Positions 47,294 to 56,477 of a DNA stretch of 64,000 bases are shown here, in pieces. Positions within the stretch are counted from its first letter, which is position 1. Each line of letters begins with the position of its first letter. The stretch is from Candidatus Krumholzibacteriota bacterium (GTDB lineage Bacteria > Krumholzibacteriota > Krumholzibacteriia > Krumholzibacteriales > Krumholzibacteriaceae). The notes below the pieces were generated by a model, which had not been told where the DNA came from, made no database searches, and saw only the letters and a list, made by a program, of their open reading frames with translations. The stretch covers positions 17,934 to 81,933 of the forward strand of contig JAFGCX010000001.1 in assembly GCA_016932415.1 (NCBI GenBank), given 5' to 3'. A program made the position numbers and the translations under genes.

Positions 47294-48565
47294 TCAGATC
47301 CCAAGGTCCGGGGATATCTCCACTCCTCCGTCTGCTATATCGATATCCTGTATTCTCGTTTCTTTTTTTCCTCCGGCGATCAGGCAGTTGGTGCCTATCC
47401 TTATCCCTGGCGGGATCTCGGTATTCATCCCTACAAGGGTGATACCGAAATCGAGATATCCCGGCTGCATGACGTTGGGAACCGAGCTGTCTCCGAAACC
47501 GATCTGCGCTCCCTTTCCTATGAGGCATGATTCATCGAGGATAGCGTCTTTTACCCTGGCACCGCTTTTTATCACACAATCGTGAAGAATGATCGAATTT
47601 TCCACCGACGCTCCCCGCTCGATAGATACGCGTGGAGAGAGAACGGAGTTTGTTACTGATCCCTTTATGACGCATCCATCGCATATCAGCGATCTCCTTA
47701 CCGAACATTCCTTCGCCATCATTATAGGTGGATCATCATACGGGACAGTCAGCACCGATCCCCTTTCCCCTTCAAGCTTCAATCTTGATCTTTCACTGAG
47801 TAGGGAAAGGCTCGCGTTGTAGTAACTCCTCAACGTACCGATATCGAGCCAGAAGTCTTCGTACCGGAAGGCTGAGACCTCACCGACACTTACAAGCCTG
47901 GGTATTATATGCTTTCCGAAATCGAGATCATCATGATCCTTTTTCATTTCTCTCAGGATCGAAATAAGGTATTCCCGGCTGAAAATATAGATCCCCATCG
48001 AAGCGAGGTTGGATCTTGAGGTTTTCGGTTTTTCCCTGAAACTCGTGACTTTACCCCTCCTGTCCACGGTAGCGATACCGAATTCGACGGTAAGCTCACT
48101 CGGTACTTCTACAACGGCAAGTGACGCGGGACGGCCGCTCTCAACGTGAAAATCAAGAAATTCCCTGTAATCCATATTATATACATGATCACCGGAGAGG
48201 ATAAGGATATACTCTTCGGTCAGTTTTTTCAGGACTGGTATATTCTGATATATCGCGTCGGCAGTACCTTTATACCAGTCGGCTCCTTCAAATCCCAGCC
48301 TTGGATGAAGAATATGCAGTCCGCCGTTCAGCCTGTCGAGGTCCCATGGTTTGCCGATCCCCAGATGCCTGTTCAGAGAGCGCGAGCTGTATTGAGTCAG
48401 GACGTGGACCAGAGATATCTCTGATCTTACGCAATTGGTAAGAGTAAAATCTATTATCCTGTAACGCCCGGCGAATGGCACTGCCGGTTTTGCCCTGTAT
48501 CCGGTCAGGAGGCTTAACCTCGTTCCCGCGCCGCCAGCCAGAATGAATGCTGCCATTCTTCCCAT
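47294..48565 (-). CDS. glgC: Glucose-1-phosphate adenylyltransferase
   Basis: LAGGAGTRL..LT..RAKPAVPF, WYKGTADA, LSGDHVY.MDY, FREKP, ASMGIY, DFGK, W.DIGT. TAATG overlap with the upstream paralogue. Confidence 0.9.
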   Translation of the reverse strand: MGRMAAFILAGGAGTRLSLLTGYRAKPAVPFAGRYRIIDFTLTNCVRSEISLVHVLTQYSSRSLNRHLGIGKPWDLDRLNGGLHILHPRLGFEGADWYKGTADAIYQNIPVLKKLTEEYILILSGDHVYNMDYREFLDFHVESGRPASLAVVEVPSELTVEFGIATVDRRGKVTSFREKPKTSRSNLASMGIYIFSREYLISILREMKKDHDDLDFGKHIIPRLVSVGEVSAFRYEDFWLDIGTLRSYYNASLSLLSERSRLKLEGERGSVLTVPYDDPPIMMAKECSVRRSLICDGCVIKGSVTNSVLSPRVSIERGASVENSIILHDCVIKSGARVKDAILDESCLIGKGAQIGFGDSSVPNVMQPGYLDFGITLVGMNTEIPPGIRIGTNCLIAGGKKETRIQDIDIADGGVEISPDLGI

Positions 48566-49776
48566 TATCTGATACTCGCTTTCGAGCCTGGCTCTATCAC
48601 CGATCCACCGGGGAGCTCGCATCCCGGACCGATCCTGGTCCCCTTGCCGAGAACGGTTATTCCTCTTGTCCTGATTCCACTGTCATTATCCGAGATATTT
48701 TCAATATCGGATATGTTGCCCTTCAGATCCGGACCGATCCTCACATCCTGCGAGATCCTCACTTCCTTGTCTAATATCGCCTTTTGGATTCTTGATCCGG
48801 ACCCGATCCGTGCGAAGGAGAAAACGATACTGTCTTCCACTACGGCGCCGGGTTCAATTATCGCTCCGGGGAAAAGAACAGATCCGCTCACTTTTCCCCT
48901 TATCACGCATCCTCCTCCGATTATCGAATCTTCGACTGAGGAGCTTTCTGATATCCTGGCTGGTTGAAGGCCCTCTCCCCTCGTGTATACCGGCCATTTC
49001 CTGTCCGTGATGATCGATGAATCTTTCAGTAACCTCAACGATGCCCTGTAATAGCTGGGAATTGAGCCTATATCCTCCCAGTAACCGGAATAGCGGAAAC
49101 CTGCCACGTTATTTTTCGCGATCTCCGGTATGACAATATCAAAGACAATATCGACCCTGCTGCTGTCAAGCATCTCCAGAAGATAATCTGTCTTGAATAC
49201 GTAGATCCCCATCGACGCGAACTGGAAGGTAGATGATCGCGGTTTTTCCCTGAACTCCGTCACCATCCCTTCCTGTGAGATCCGGACCATTCCAAACCTG
49301 CTCCTCTGTACCGCCTTGACCTTGCTGCAGGCTATCGTCACGGGCTTGTCCATGCCGCGGTGGTAATCGATCAGTTCGCTATAGTCCATCGCGTATACCT
49401 GGTCCCCGGAGAGGACAACGGTGTTTTCAGATCCTGAATTTCGTATCAGGTCGATATTCTGATAAAGGGCATCGGCGGTTCCAAGATACCATTTTGATTT
49501 CTCACCCTGGTAGACCGGCTGCAGGATGTAGACGCCGCCAGTTTTTCTGTCAAGGTCCCAAGGTTTACCCATCCTTATATGTTCGATCAGCGATTTTGGG
49601 CTGTATTGCGCGAGGATCGCGATGTCTGTGAGTCCCGCGTGAACGCAGTTGCTCAGGCAAAAATCGATTATCCTGTATTTTCCTCCGAAGGGAACTGCCG
49701 TTTTCGCGCGATGCCTTGTCAGAGCGGAAAGTTCTCTTCCGGTACCTCCCGCAAGGATCATTGTCAGGGTCTTCAA
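48565..49776 (-). CDS. Second glucose-1-phosphate adenylyltransferase paralogue (GlgC/GlgD-like)
   Basis: LAGGTGREL, RAKTAVPFGG.YRIID, GTADA, SGDQ, FREKP, YWEDIG. Confidence 0.85.
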   Translation of the reverse strand: MKTLTMILAGGTGRELSALTRHRAKTAVPFGGKYRIIDFCLSNCVHAGLTDIAILAQYSPKSLIEHIRMGKPWDLDRKTGGVYILQPVYQGEKSKWYLGTADALYQNIDLIRNSGSENTVVLSGDQVYAMDYSELIDYHRGMDKPVTIACSKVKAVQRSRFGMVRISQEGMVTEFREKPRSSTFQFASMGIYVFKTDYLLEMLDSSRVDIVFDIVIPEIAKNNVAGFRYSGYWEDIGSIPSYYRASLRLLKDSSIITDRKWPVYTRGEGLQPARISESSSVEDSIIGGGCVIRGKVSGSVLFPGAIIEPGAVVEDSIVFSFARIGSGSRIQKAILDKEVRISQDVRIGPDLKGNISDIENISDNDSGIRTRGITVLGKGTRIGPGCELPGGSVIEPGSKASIR

Positions 49777-49818
49777 AAACCACCTCGTGTTATCACATTA
49801 AACCGGCAGGGATCCTGA

Positions 49819-50865
49819 TCAGTGAGCAATCATAAGCGATACTCGATGAGTCGTATCGAGCCAGTCATGAAGAAGAAGGGCGTAGTCTATCCCCATCGAA
49901 ATATTCCATGGGCCGAAATCATTAAGCAGTACGCCGATTCCCGCTGTAGGCCTTCCCATATCATATCCGCCGCGAAGCGAGACAAGGTCCCTTATCATCA
50001 GTTCTCCCCCAAGATGGAAATCGGCACTTGCCCTGCCGATCCAGAACTGGGATACGCCTTTCATGTTCTCATACCTGAAATCACCATCGACGGAAAACAG
50101 CAGAACGCTTCCCATTCCCTGAAGATGGATCGGATATCCCATTCCGACCTTGAGGGCCGGATATATAAATTCTCTTTTTCCCGTACTCCAGCTTATATAA
50201 GTCCCTGTCGCGTCCTGTAATTTTGCTCCCACCGAAAGGTTTCTCCACAGATCCCTCTTGATGATCCCCAGATCGACCCCTATACCAAAACTCGAGACAC
50301 CGGTGACCTGGTCGTTTCTGATGATCTTTACCGAACCTCCAATATCGCCGAAACTCATCTTCTGTCCATAAGAGAGAAAGAAAGCGAAATCATTGACGCT
50401 TTCCAGGGGAAAATCGGCATAGTTGCGAGTCAGGTTTTCGCCAAGCCATGGTTCGAAACGATCGTCTCCGTCAGAGTTCCCTATCATCCCCTCGATCGGA
50501 ATGATCCTGATATCATCGATCCCCATGTGGATCACGCTCACACCCCAGGAAGATTCGCCTGCCTTTAAAGGAAAGACTGCTGAAAAAAAGTTATAATCGA
50601 TTATGCTTCCGAATCTTTCCGAATGCATGAATGACATCGTGTAGTCGTTCGGCGTCATCATAAGGGAACTGAATCCGGCTATACCCGCTGGATTCCAGAA
50701 AACCGCCGTTGCGTCATCAGCTATCGAGGTAAAAGCTCCACCCATCGCCATTGCCCTTGCCCCTCCCCCAAGAGCCATGAATTCTCCGGCATACTTGTCC
50801 GCCCTGGCTCCGGCTGAAAATACAAAAAGCAACGCGCATGCGATCACTGTTGTCCTTTTCATCAA
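49819..50865 (-). CDS. PorV/PorQ (UPF0164, FadL-like) outer-membrane beta-barrel
   Basis: Signal peptide ARA, GARAMAMGGAF..IADDATA.FWNPAG, alternating beta-strands, THRVSL terminus. Confidence 0.78.
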   Translation of the reverse strand: MMKRTTVIACALLFVFSAGARADKYAGEFMALGGGARAMAMGGAFTSIADDATAVFWNPAGIAGFSSLMMTPNDYTMSFMHSERFGSIIDYNFFSAVFPLKAGESSWGVSVIHMGIDDIRIIPIEGMIGNSDGDDRFEPWLGENLTRNYADFPLESVNDFAFFLSYGQKMSFGDIGGSVKIIRNDQVTGVSSFGIGVDLGIIKRDLWRNLSVGAKLQDATGTYISWSTGKREFIYPALKVGMGYPIHLQGMGSVLLFSVDGDFRYENMKGVSQFWIGRASADFHLGGELMIRDLVSLRGGYDMGRPTAGIGVLLNDFGPWNISMGIDYALLLHDWLDTTHRVSLMIAH

Positions 50866-50950
50866 TTACTCCGTTTTCCCAGGGGGTTCACGCATCTGAC
50901 GCTTCGAGACAAGTTTGATAAAGCTTTTTTCATATCTTCTTCTACTGTTG

Positions 50951-50979
50951 ATTATAACAGATTTATCCTTGACGGACAA
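50951..50979 (-). promoter_or_regulatory. sigma-70-type promoter of the PorV-like gene
   Basis: TTGTCC-N17-TATAAT with an extended -10 TG. Confidence 0.6.
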
Positions 50980-51006
50980 ATGCATTCATCCCATTTGACC
51001 TGAAGA

Positions 51007-52494
51007 TCATCCAAGTCCGTATTCCTTCAATCGGCGATACAGAGTCCTTTCCGAAAGCCCCAGCTGTCTTGCAGTCATCTTCCTGTTGCCGTTATATCGA
51101 ATAAGCGCTTCCCTGATAGCTTCCTTTTCGATCTCGTCGAGATCCTTTCCTTTTTCACTTCCCGCTTCCTCGACTTCATACCAGTTGCGCAGCCTGCCGC
51201 TTACCGAGACCCCATTGTCTTTAAGGATGCCCAGGATCTCCTTTACATCGGTGTGAAGCGAAAGAAGGGAGTTGAGTATGATCTCTCTTTCCATCTCTTC
51301 CCTTGTCCTCTGAACATGGATGGGAAGGTCGGGGAAACTCTGGGCTGGCCTTTTCTCATCAAGCCTTTTTCCAAGGTCAGCGTAGGTGATCATCCCCGTT
51401 CTGCTCAGGACCACCATATTATCCATAATATTGGCAAGTTCACGGATATTACCGGGCCATGTATAATTCTGAAGAAGTTTCACGCACCCCTTTTCCATAC
51501 CCCTTATCTCTTTGCCATGCTTTTTCATCGAGATCTTTATAAAATGCCTCGCCAGAAGGTCGATGTCATCCTGCCTCGCCCTCAATGGAGGGATTGTGAT
51601 CTGCACGACCTTCAACCTGTAATAAAGGTCTTTTCTGAATTCTCCCGATCCCACGTCCGATTCGAGTTCCCTGTTGGTCGCCGCGATCACTCTCAGATCG
51701 GTATTAAGCCTCTCATTTCCGCCGACCCTGTAATATTCTCCCGTCTCCAGCACTCTGAGAAACTTCACCTGCATCCTAAGGCTCATCTCTCCGACTTCGT
51801 CGAGAAACAGAGTCCCCTTGTCTGCCCTTTCGAACAGACCCTGCCTTTTAGCCATCGCTCCCGTAAATGAACCTTTTTCATGACCAAACAGTTCGCTTTC
51901 CAGAAGAGTCTCGGCCATCGCTCCGCAGTTGATCGCTTCGAAGTTCTTTGATCTCCTGTTACTCCTCAGATGAAGAGCCTTCGCGATCAATTCCTTGCCT
52001 GAACCGCTCTCTCCCATTATAAGAACGGAGACTTCAGTCGGAGCAACCTGAAGGACAGTCTCTATTACTTCGTTCAGCGGCCTCGATCTTCCCACCATCC
52101 CTGAACTGCTTTTGATCCTTCTCAAAGCCACCAGGTGCGAAGCTCGCAGCAGGAATTCCTCGGTACTTTCCGGTGGTTGGGATATGTACAGATCGACTCC
52201 TGAATCTATATCGGCCTCGATCTCGTCGATGGTTTTTTCCCTGCCGAAAACGATGACCTCGTAGTTTATGAAATTCTTGTCGAATCTTCTCAGGACGGTA
52301 AGATAATTCTCGTATTTTTCTGAAGAATCAATGGCGAGAATGACCCCGCCTTCGGGTTCCGTAAAATTAAGGGCAGCGGAGAGATCAACGCAGTGTATCA
52401 GTCGCAGTCCCTCCTCGATCGCCAGAGACTGCAGCAATCCCTTTATTTCCTCATTGTCTACAAGCGTCCAGATTTCCGGGTTCATAACCATCAC
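51007..52494 (-). CDS. Sigma-54-dependent activator with degenerate receiver-like N-terminus
   Basis: GESGSGKE, ESELFGHEKGSFTGA, FLDEVGE, FRKDLYYRL, WPGNIREL, Fis HTH; N-terminus lacks canonical REC motifs. Confidence 0.88.
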   Translation of the reverse strand: MMVMNPEIWTLVDNEEIKGLLQSLAIEEGLRLIHCVDLSAALNFTEPEGGVILAIDSSEKYENYLTVLRRFDKNFINYEVIVFGREKTIDEIEADIDSGVDLYISQPPESTEEFLLRASHLVALRRIKSSSGMVGRSRPLNEVIETVLQVAPTEVSVLIMGESGSGKELIAKALHLRSNRRSKNFEAINCGAMAETLLESELFGHEKGSFTGAMAKRQGLFERADKGTLFLDEVGEMSLRMQVKFLRVLETGEYYRVGGNERLNTDLRVIAATNRELESDVGSGEFRKDLYYRLKVVQITIPPLRARQDDIDLLARHFIKISMKKHGKEIRGMEKGCVKLLQNYTWPGNIRELANIMDNMVVLSRTGMITYADLGKRLDEKRPAQSFPDLPIHVQRTREEMEREIILNSLLSLHTDVKEILGILKDNGVSVSGRLRNWYEVEEAGSEKGKDLDEIEKEAIREALIRYNGNRKMTARQLGLSERTLYRRLKEYGLG

Positions 52495-52503
52495 CTGTAC
52501 AGC

Positions 52504-52533
52504 AATTTACACCTCTGCATATCAACTTGTCAA
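52504..52533 (-). promoter_or_regulatory. sigma-70-type promoter
   Basis: TTGACA-N18-TAAATT. Confidence 0.5.
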
Positions 52534-52594
52534 CATACGATTATCCCGTAATGCCAAGCTTTTTTCATTTATTCCGGAAAATATCGAGCGGATA

Positions 52595-52966
52595 TCACGT
52601 CTGGCAGTTATTCGCGCCGCTACCTGCCACGAATTCCAGTACATCGTCGATCTGGAAAGGTTTGATCAGGCATCTCAACGCGCCGGCATTTATACCTTCA
52701 TCGATCCTCTCCTCGCAACAGGCTCCCGTCATGAGGATATATCTGGCGTCAGGAACGATCTCCATAAGGCTGGTCATCGTTTCTACGCCATCAATGCCGG
52801 GAAGGCATATATCGATAAAGGCGATATCAAAACTGTTTTTTCTTGCAAGGTCAATGGCATCCTCTCCCCTGAGAGCGGAAAAAACCCTGCATCTGTTAAG
52901 TTCCAGCAGATCAGTCATGAATTCAGTAATTTCGGATTCATCGTCTACAACGAGGACATCTATCAA
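52595..52966 (-). CDS. Single-domain response regulator (receiver)
   Basis: VLVVDDE, FIDICLPGIDG, MTG, KPF; ATGA overlap with the fliA stop. Confidence 0.88.
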   Translation of the reverse strand: MIDVLVVDDESEITEFMTDLLELNRCRVFSALRGEDAIDLARKNSFDIAFIDICLPGIDGVETMTSLMEIVPDARYILMTGACCEERIDEGINAGALRCLIKPFQIDDVLEFVAGSGANNCQT

Positions 52967-53850
52967 CTACCGACCCCCATTTTTTTCAGCTTTGCCACCG
53001 GAATCTTCCGCGGCACCTCATCGCGGGAAACAGCTCGATTGTTGGCCACCTGGGCAGGTACTCCGTTCATCAGCCTGCTGATCCTTCCCTTGAGCCTGAG
53101 CATCGCTTTCGTGTGGATCTGACATATCCTCGATTCGGATACTTCGAGCACCCTGCCGATCTCCTTCAGAGTCAATTCCTCATAGTAATAAAGAGTAAGG
53201 ACTATCCGTTCCTTCTCGGGAAGCTGATCGAGAGTCTCCCTTACGATACCGAACAGTTCCTTTTCCTCGAGTCTCTCGTATGGATTTATCGCGTTGGCGT
53301 GAGGTAAGGTGCTTTTCACTACAGAATAGAGGCCTTCGTGATTCGAAGCTATTCCCTGATCAAGACTGATGAGACAGGTAAGCGAGACATCATCGAGCAT
53401 CTTGTAATATTCATCCATTGATATCTTCAGATATCCGGCGACGTCGGTATCGCTCGCCGTTCTTCCGAGTTTCATCTCCAGATCGGCAAGGACCGTCTCA
53501 AGCAATTTCGCCTTGTGCCTTATCGACCTTGGAAACCAGTCCTGCGCCCTCAGTTCATCAAGCATCGCTCCTCTTATCCTGGGAATAGCGTATGTCTCGA
53601 ACTTGACGCACCTTTCCGTATCGAATTTTTCAACCGCCTGGATCAATCCGAGCAGCCCCGCCGAAAAAAGATCGTCGATCTCGATATAGTTCGGAAGGCT
53701 TACCGAGACCCTGCCGACGGCGTATTTGACAAGGTGGAGATACTCTATTATCAGAGTCTCTCTCGCTTTCTCGCTTTTATTGTCCCTGTAGGTCTCCCAG
53801 AGCTCTGAGCGATCTACACTTTTATCTTTCTTTGCCGTATTCAATTTCAT
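52963..53850 (-). CDS. fliA: RNA polymerase sigma factor FliA/WhiG (sigma-28) family
   Basis: DDL.SAG..GL, KFETYA..RIRGAMLDELR..DW.PRS.R, LYYYEELTLKEIG.VL.VSESRI.Q.H. Start moved to ATG 53850 because the upstream GTG lies in the -24/-12 element. Confidence 0.9.
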   Translation of the reverse strand: MKLNTAKKDKSVDRSELWETYRDNKSEKARETLIIEYLHLVKYAVGRVSVSLPNYIEIDDLFSAGLLGLIQAVEKFDTERCVKFETYAIPRIRGAMLDELRAQDWFPRSIRHKAKLLETVLADLEMKLGRTASDTDVAGYLKISMDEYYKMLDDVSLTCLISLDQGIASNHEGLYSVVKSTLPHANAINPYERLEEKELFGIVRETLDQLPEKERIVLTLYYYEELTLKEIGRVLEVSESRICQIHTKAMLRLKGRISRLMNGVPAQVANNRAVSRDEVPRKIPVAKLKKMGVGS

Positions 53851-53863
53851 ACTTGTGCCCGTT

Positions 53864-53879
53864 TGCATGATCCATGCCA
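53864..53879 (-). promoter_or_regulatory. sigma-54 (-24/-12) promoter of fliA
   Basis: TGGCATGGATCATGCA = GG-N10-GC, close to the TGGCAC-N5-TTGCA consensus. Confidence 0.7.
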
Positions 53880-53980
53880 CAGATAGCCATTCATAACACG
53901 TTACACCGCAACATATTAAGCCGTCGTTTCTGGATGTGTCCCGATTTAATTCGGATCATCAGGAAAATAATTCCCCGTGA

Positions 53981-55354
53981 CTAAACTGAAATTGCAGTCT
54001 CAAATGAATCCTCTTCCTTGTACAATTTCAGTTTATTCCTAAGGGTTCTGACACTGATTCCGAGTTCCATAGCCGCTCTTGTCCTGTTGCTGCTGAATTT
54101 TTTCAATCTTTCCTCTATCATTAGACGTTCAGCTGCGGCAATCGTGCAGCTTTTCAGTATCGCCTCGACTTTTGAAGTCTCGATAGAGTTGCTGTTGTTG
54201 AACATGAATGAGTCCTCATTGATCATATCTTCCTGACATAGTATGACTGCTCTTTCGATCCAGTTCTCAAGTTCGCGGATATTTCCCCGCCATGGACAAT
54301 TCTCAAGCTTCTTGAGAGCTCCCTTGCTCATTTTTTTAATTTCCTTGTCGTTTTCCGCGCAATATATCCGGATGAAATGTTCAGCAAGAAGAGCTATGTC
54401 ATCTCTTCGTTCGCGCAAGGGGGGAACTTCGATATTCACCACGTTCAGCCTGTAATAAAGATCTTCCCGGAACCTTTTCTCCCTTATCTCGGTCAGCAGG
54501 TTTTTATTTGTCGTGGAGATGATCCTCACGTTTACAGGTATCGACTGCTTCCCGCCTACCCTGTCGATCTCTCTTTCCTGGAGGACTCGCAAAAGTTTCG
54601 CCTGGATATGTGGCGGGATTTCCCCGATCTCATCGAGAAGCAGCGTTCCTGTGTCTGCCTGTTCGAACTTTCCCGGATGCACCTTATGCGCCGATGTAAA
54701 TGAGCCTTTTTCATGTCCGAACAGTTCGCTTTCGAGAGTACCTTCCGGAATGGCGGCGCAATTTATCTTTACAAAAGGTTTGTCCTTACGGCCGCTCATC
54801 GAATGGATCCTTCGCGCGACCAGTTCCTTACCCGTCCCGTTTTCTCCCGTTATCAACACTGTCGCTCTTGTATCGGCTATCATGTCGACCGTGTCGAGTA
54901 TCTTTTCGAGTTTCTCCGATTTCCCGATTATCCCACCGCCGGAGGGTTTATTGTCGAGTTTCCTCTTGAGATCCCTGTTTTCCGTTCTCATTGAAGAAAA
55001 ATTGAAGGCGTTCTTGATCTTTATGTTCAGTTCGTCGATGGTGAACGGTTTCTGAATATAATCATACGCTCCGAGCCGTATGGATTCCGTCGCTTCTTCG
55101 ACTGATCCAAACCCCGTCATGATTATCACGATAGTATCAGGGCAGCGGTTCTTGATGATCTTCAGCAATTCGACTCCCTCACCCTTCTCGGGAAGCCTTA
55201 CATCCGAAATTACCAGGTCGTACTCGGTGTTTTCGATCTGCTTCAACGCCGATTTCACGTTCGATACGGCGTCCACCTTGTACTCCGAGAGCACGTCAAT
55301 CAGGAACTCTCGCGTCATGTCCATATCTTCTACCACAAGAATCTTCTTTTCCAT
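53981..55354 (-). CDS. Sigma-54-dependent response regulator (REC-AAA+-HTH; FleR/FlgR-like)
   Basis: REC (VVED, SDVRLP, KPF), GENGTGKE, GSFTSA, LLDEIGE, GISVRTLRNKL HTH. Confidence 0.88.
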   Translation of the reverse strand: MEKKILVVEDMDMTREFLIDVLSEYKVDAVSNVKSALKQIENTEYDLVISDVRLPEKGEGVELLKIIKNRCPDTIVIIMTGFGSVEEATESIRLGAYDYIQKPFTIDELNIKIKNAFNFSSMRTENRDLKRKLDNKPSGGGIIGKSEKLEKILDTVDMIADTRATVLITGENGTGKELVARRIHSMSGRKDKPFVKINCAAIPEGTLESELFGHEKGSFTSAHKVHPGKFEQADTGTLLLDEIGEIPPHIQAKLLRVLQEREIDRVGGKQSIPVNVRIISTTNKNLLTEIREKRFREDLYYRLNVVNIEVPPLRERRDDIALLAEHFIRIYCAENDKEIKKMSKGALKKLENCPWRGNIRELENWIERAVILCQEDMINEDSFMFNNSNSIETSKVEAILKSCTIAAAERLMIEERLKKFSSNRTRAAMELGISVRTLRNKLKLYKEEDSFETAISV

Positions 55355-55378
55355 TTTCCAAAACCCCCGACTTCCTTG

Positions 55379-56161
55379 TTATTCTGTTATGACTGACTTT
55401 TCTTTTATTCTTACCAGGCTTCCAACACCCTTTTCGGAGCGTACTTCGACGATGGCATTCATTCTCGACGCTACCGCGGCTACAAGATTGAGCCCGCAAC
55501 CGATATGCGACGTCTTGGTGCTGTAAAGTATTTCTCCCGCCTTCATCACTTCACCGCGGTCCATACCGCACCCATCATCCTGAATCTCTATGATCCATCC
55601 ATTATTCCCCGCATTTTCCGGATCCTGCGGCCCGACAAAGACCTTTACTCTTCCAGTCCCATCCATCGATTCGATAGAGTTCCTGAAAATGTGAAGCATC
55701 ATCTTCCTGAAATCATGCCTGTCTCCATCGATCTCCGTTCCCTCGATAATATTGATTTCGAGTTCAGGAGCGATGATGTCGATCCCGAACATCTCAATAG
55801 CGCTCTTCCAGGCGTTCCTGACAAGCAGATTGAGATCAAGTCTTTCAAGTGTGAATTTCTTTGCCATCCGGTATGTCTCGAAAACGCTGAGAAACCCTTC
55901 AAGGCTTCCTATTCCTCTGCTGATATTGCTGATCCACTTTTTTCCCTTTGTGCTTACGTCATCTTCATAGTTCAGGAGTGATGCATACCCCTTGATGCTC
56001 ATACAATGGTTCCTGATCTGATGGATCATCAGCGAAAGAAGCCTGTCAAGATCTTCAAGCTTTCCAGCTCTGGTTATATCGATGCTGTCACCGGGATCTT
56101 TGCTGTGAATGGTAATTTCTGCCATTCCCCCCGTTTGCGCATCCTGACAGCTTAAAGGCAT
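55379..56161 (-). CDS. Sensor-less histidine kinase (HisKA + HATPase), atypical
   Basis: H-box HQIRN, N-box RNSIES, DDGCG, YSTK..GCGLNL. ATG 56161 has SD AAGGAGG; alternative ATG at 56233. Confidence 0.75.
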   Translation of the reverse strand: MPLSCQDAQTGGMAEITIHSKDPGDSIDITRAGKLEDLDRLLSLMIHQIRNHCMSIKGYASLLNYEDDVSTKGKKWISNISRGIGSLEGFLSVFETYRMAKKFTLERLDLNLLVRNAWKSAIEMFGIDIIAPELEINIIEGTEIDGDRHDFRKMMLHIFRNSIESMDGTGRVKVFVGPQDPENAGNNGWIIEIQDDGCGMDRGEVMKAGEILYSTKTSHIGCGLNLVAAVASRMNAIVEVRSEKGVGSLVRIKEKSVITE

Positions 56162-56244
56162 GTTGCTTCCCTCCTTACGATTCCAGATCACCGATAAAAA
56201 CATGGAAAGAGGAAATTTTTTCTCTCTTTCCATGAACGGCAGAG

Positions 56245-56260
56245 GGCAATTAATATGCCT
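56245..56260 (-). promoter_or_regulatory. sigma-54 (-24/-12) promoter of the kinase/regulator pair
   Basis: AGGCATATTAATTGCC = GG-N10-GC with TTGC at -12. Confidence 0.7.
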
Positions 56261-56477
56261 TTTCCGGATCTCTCGGACTGCTGGCAGGCAATATTTTCCT
56301 AATTTGATGTCTGATAATTAATTATAGGACTGTTTCCGTAGTGATTTCACCGTGATTTTCCTCAGGGGATGGACTTTTCTGATCGTTGGCATATCCTGCC
56401 GGGACTCAGGATGAAAGAATATCATCCATCTGTCGGTATGGTTTTTATTCAGGATCATCTTCGACGCCGCGGGCATA

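Noticed and set aside
48541..48622. Possible fusion or frameshift joining the two glgC paralogues
   Set aside because: Each has a complete N-terminal motif, and the TAATG overlap indicates ordinary translational coupling.
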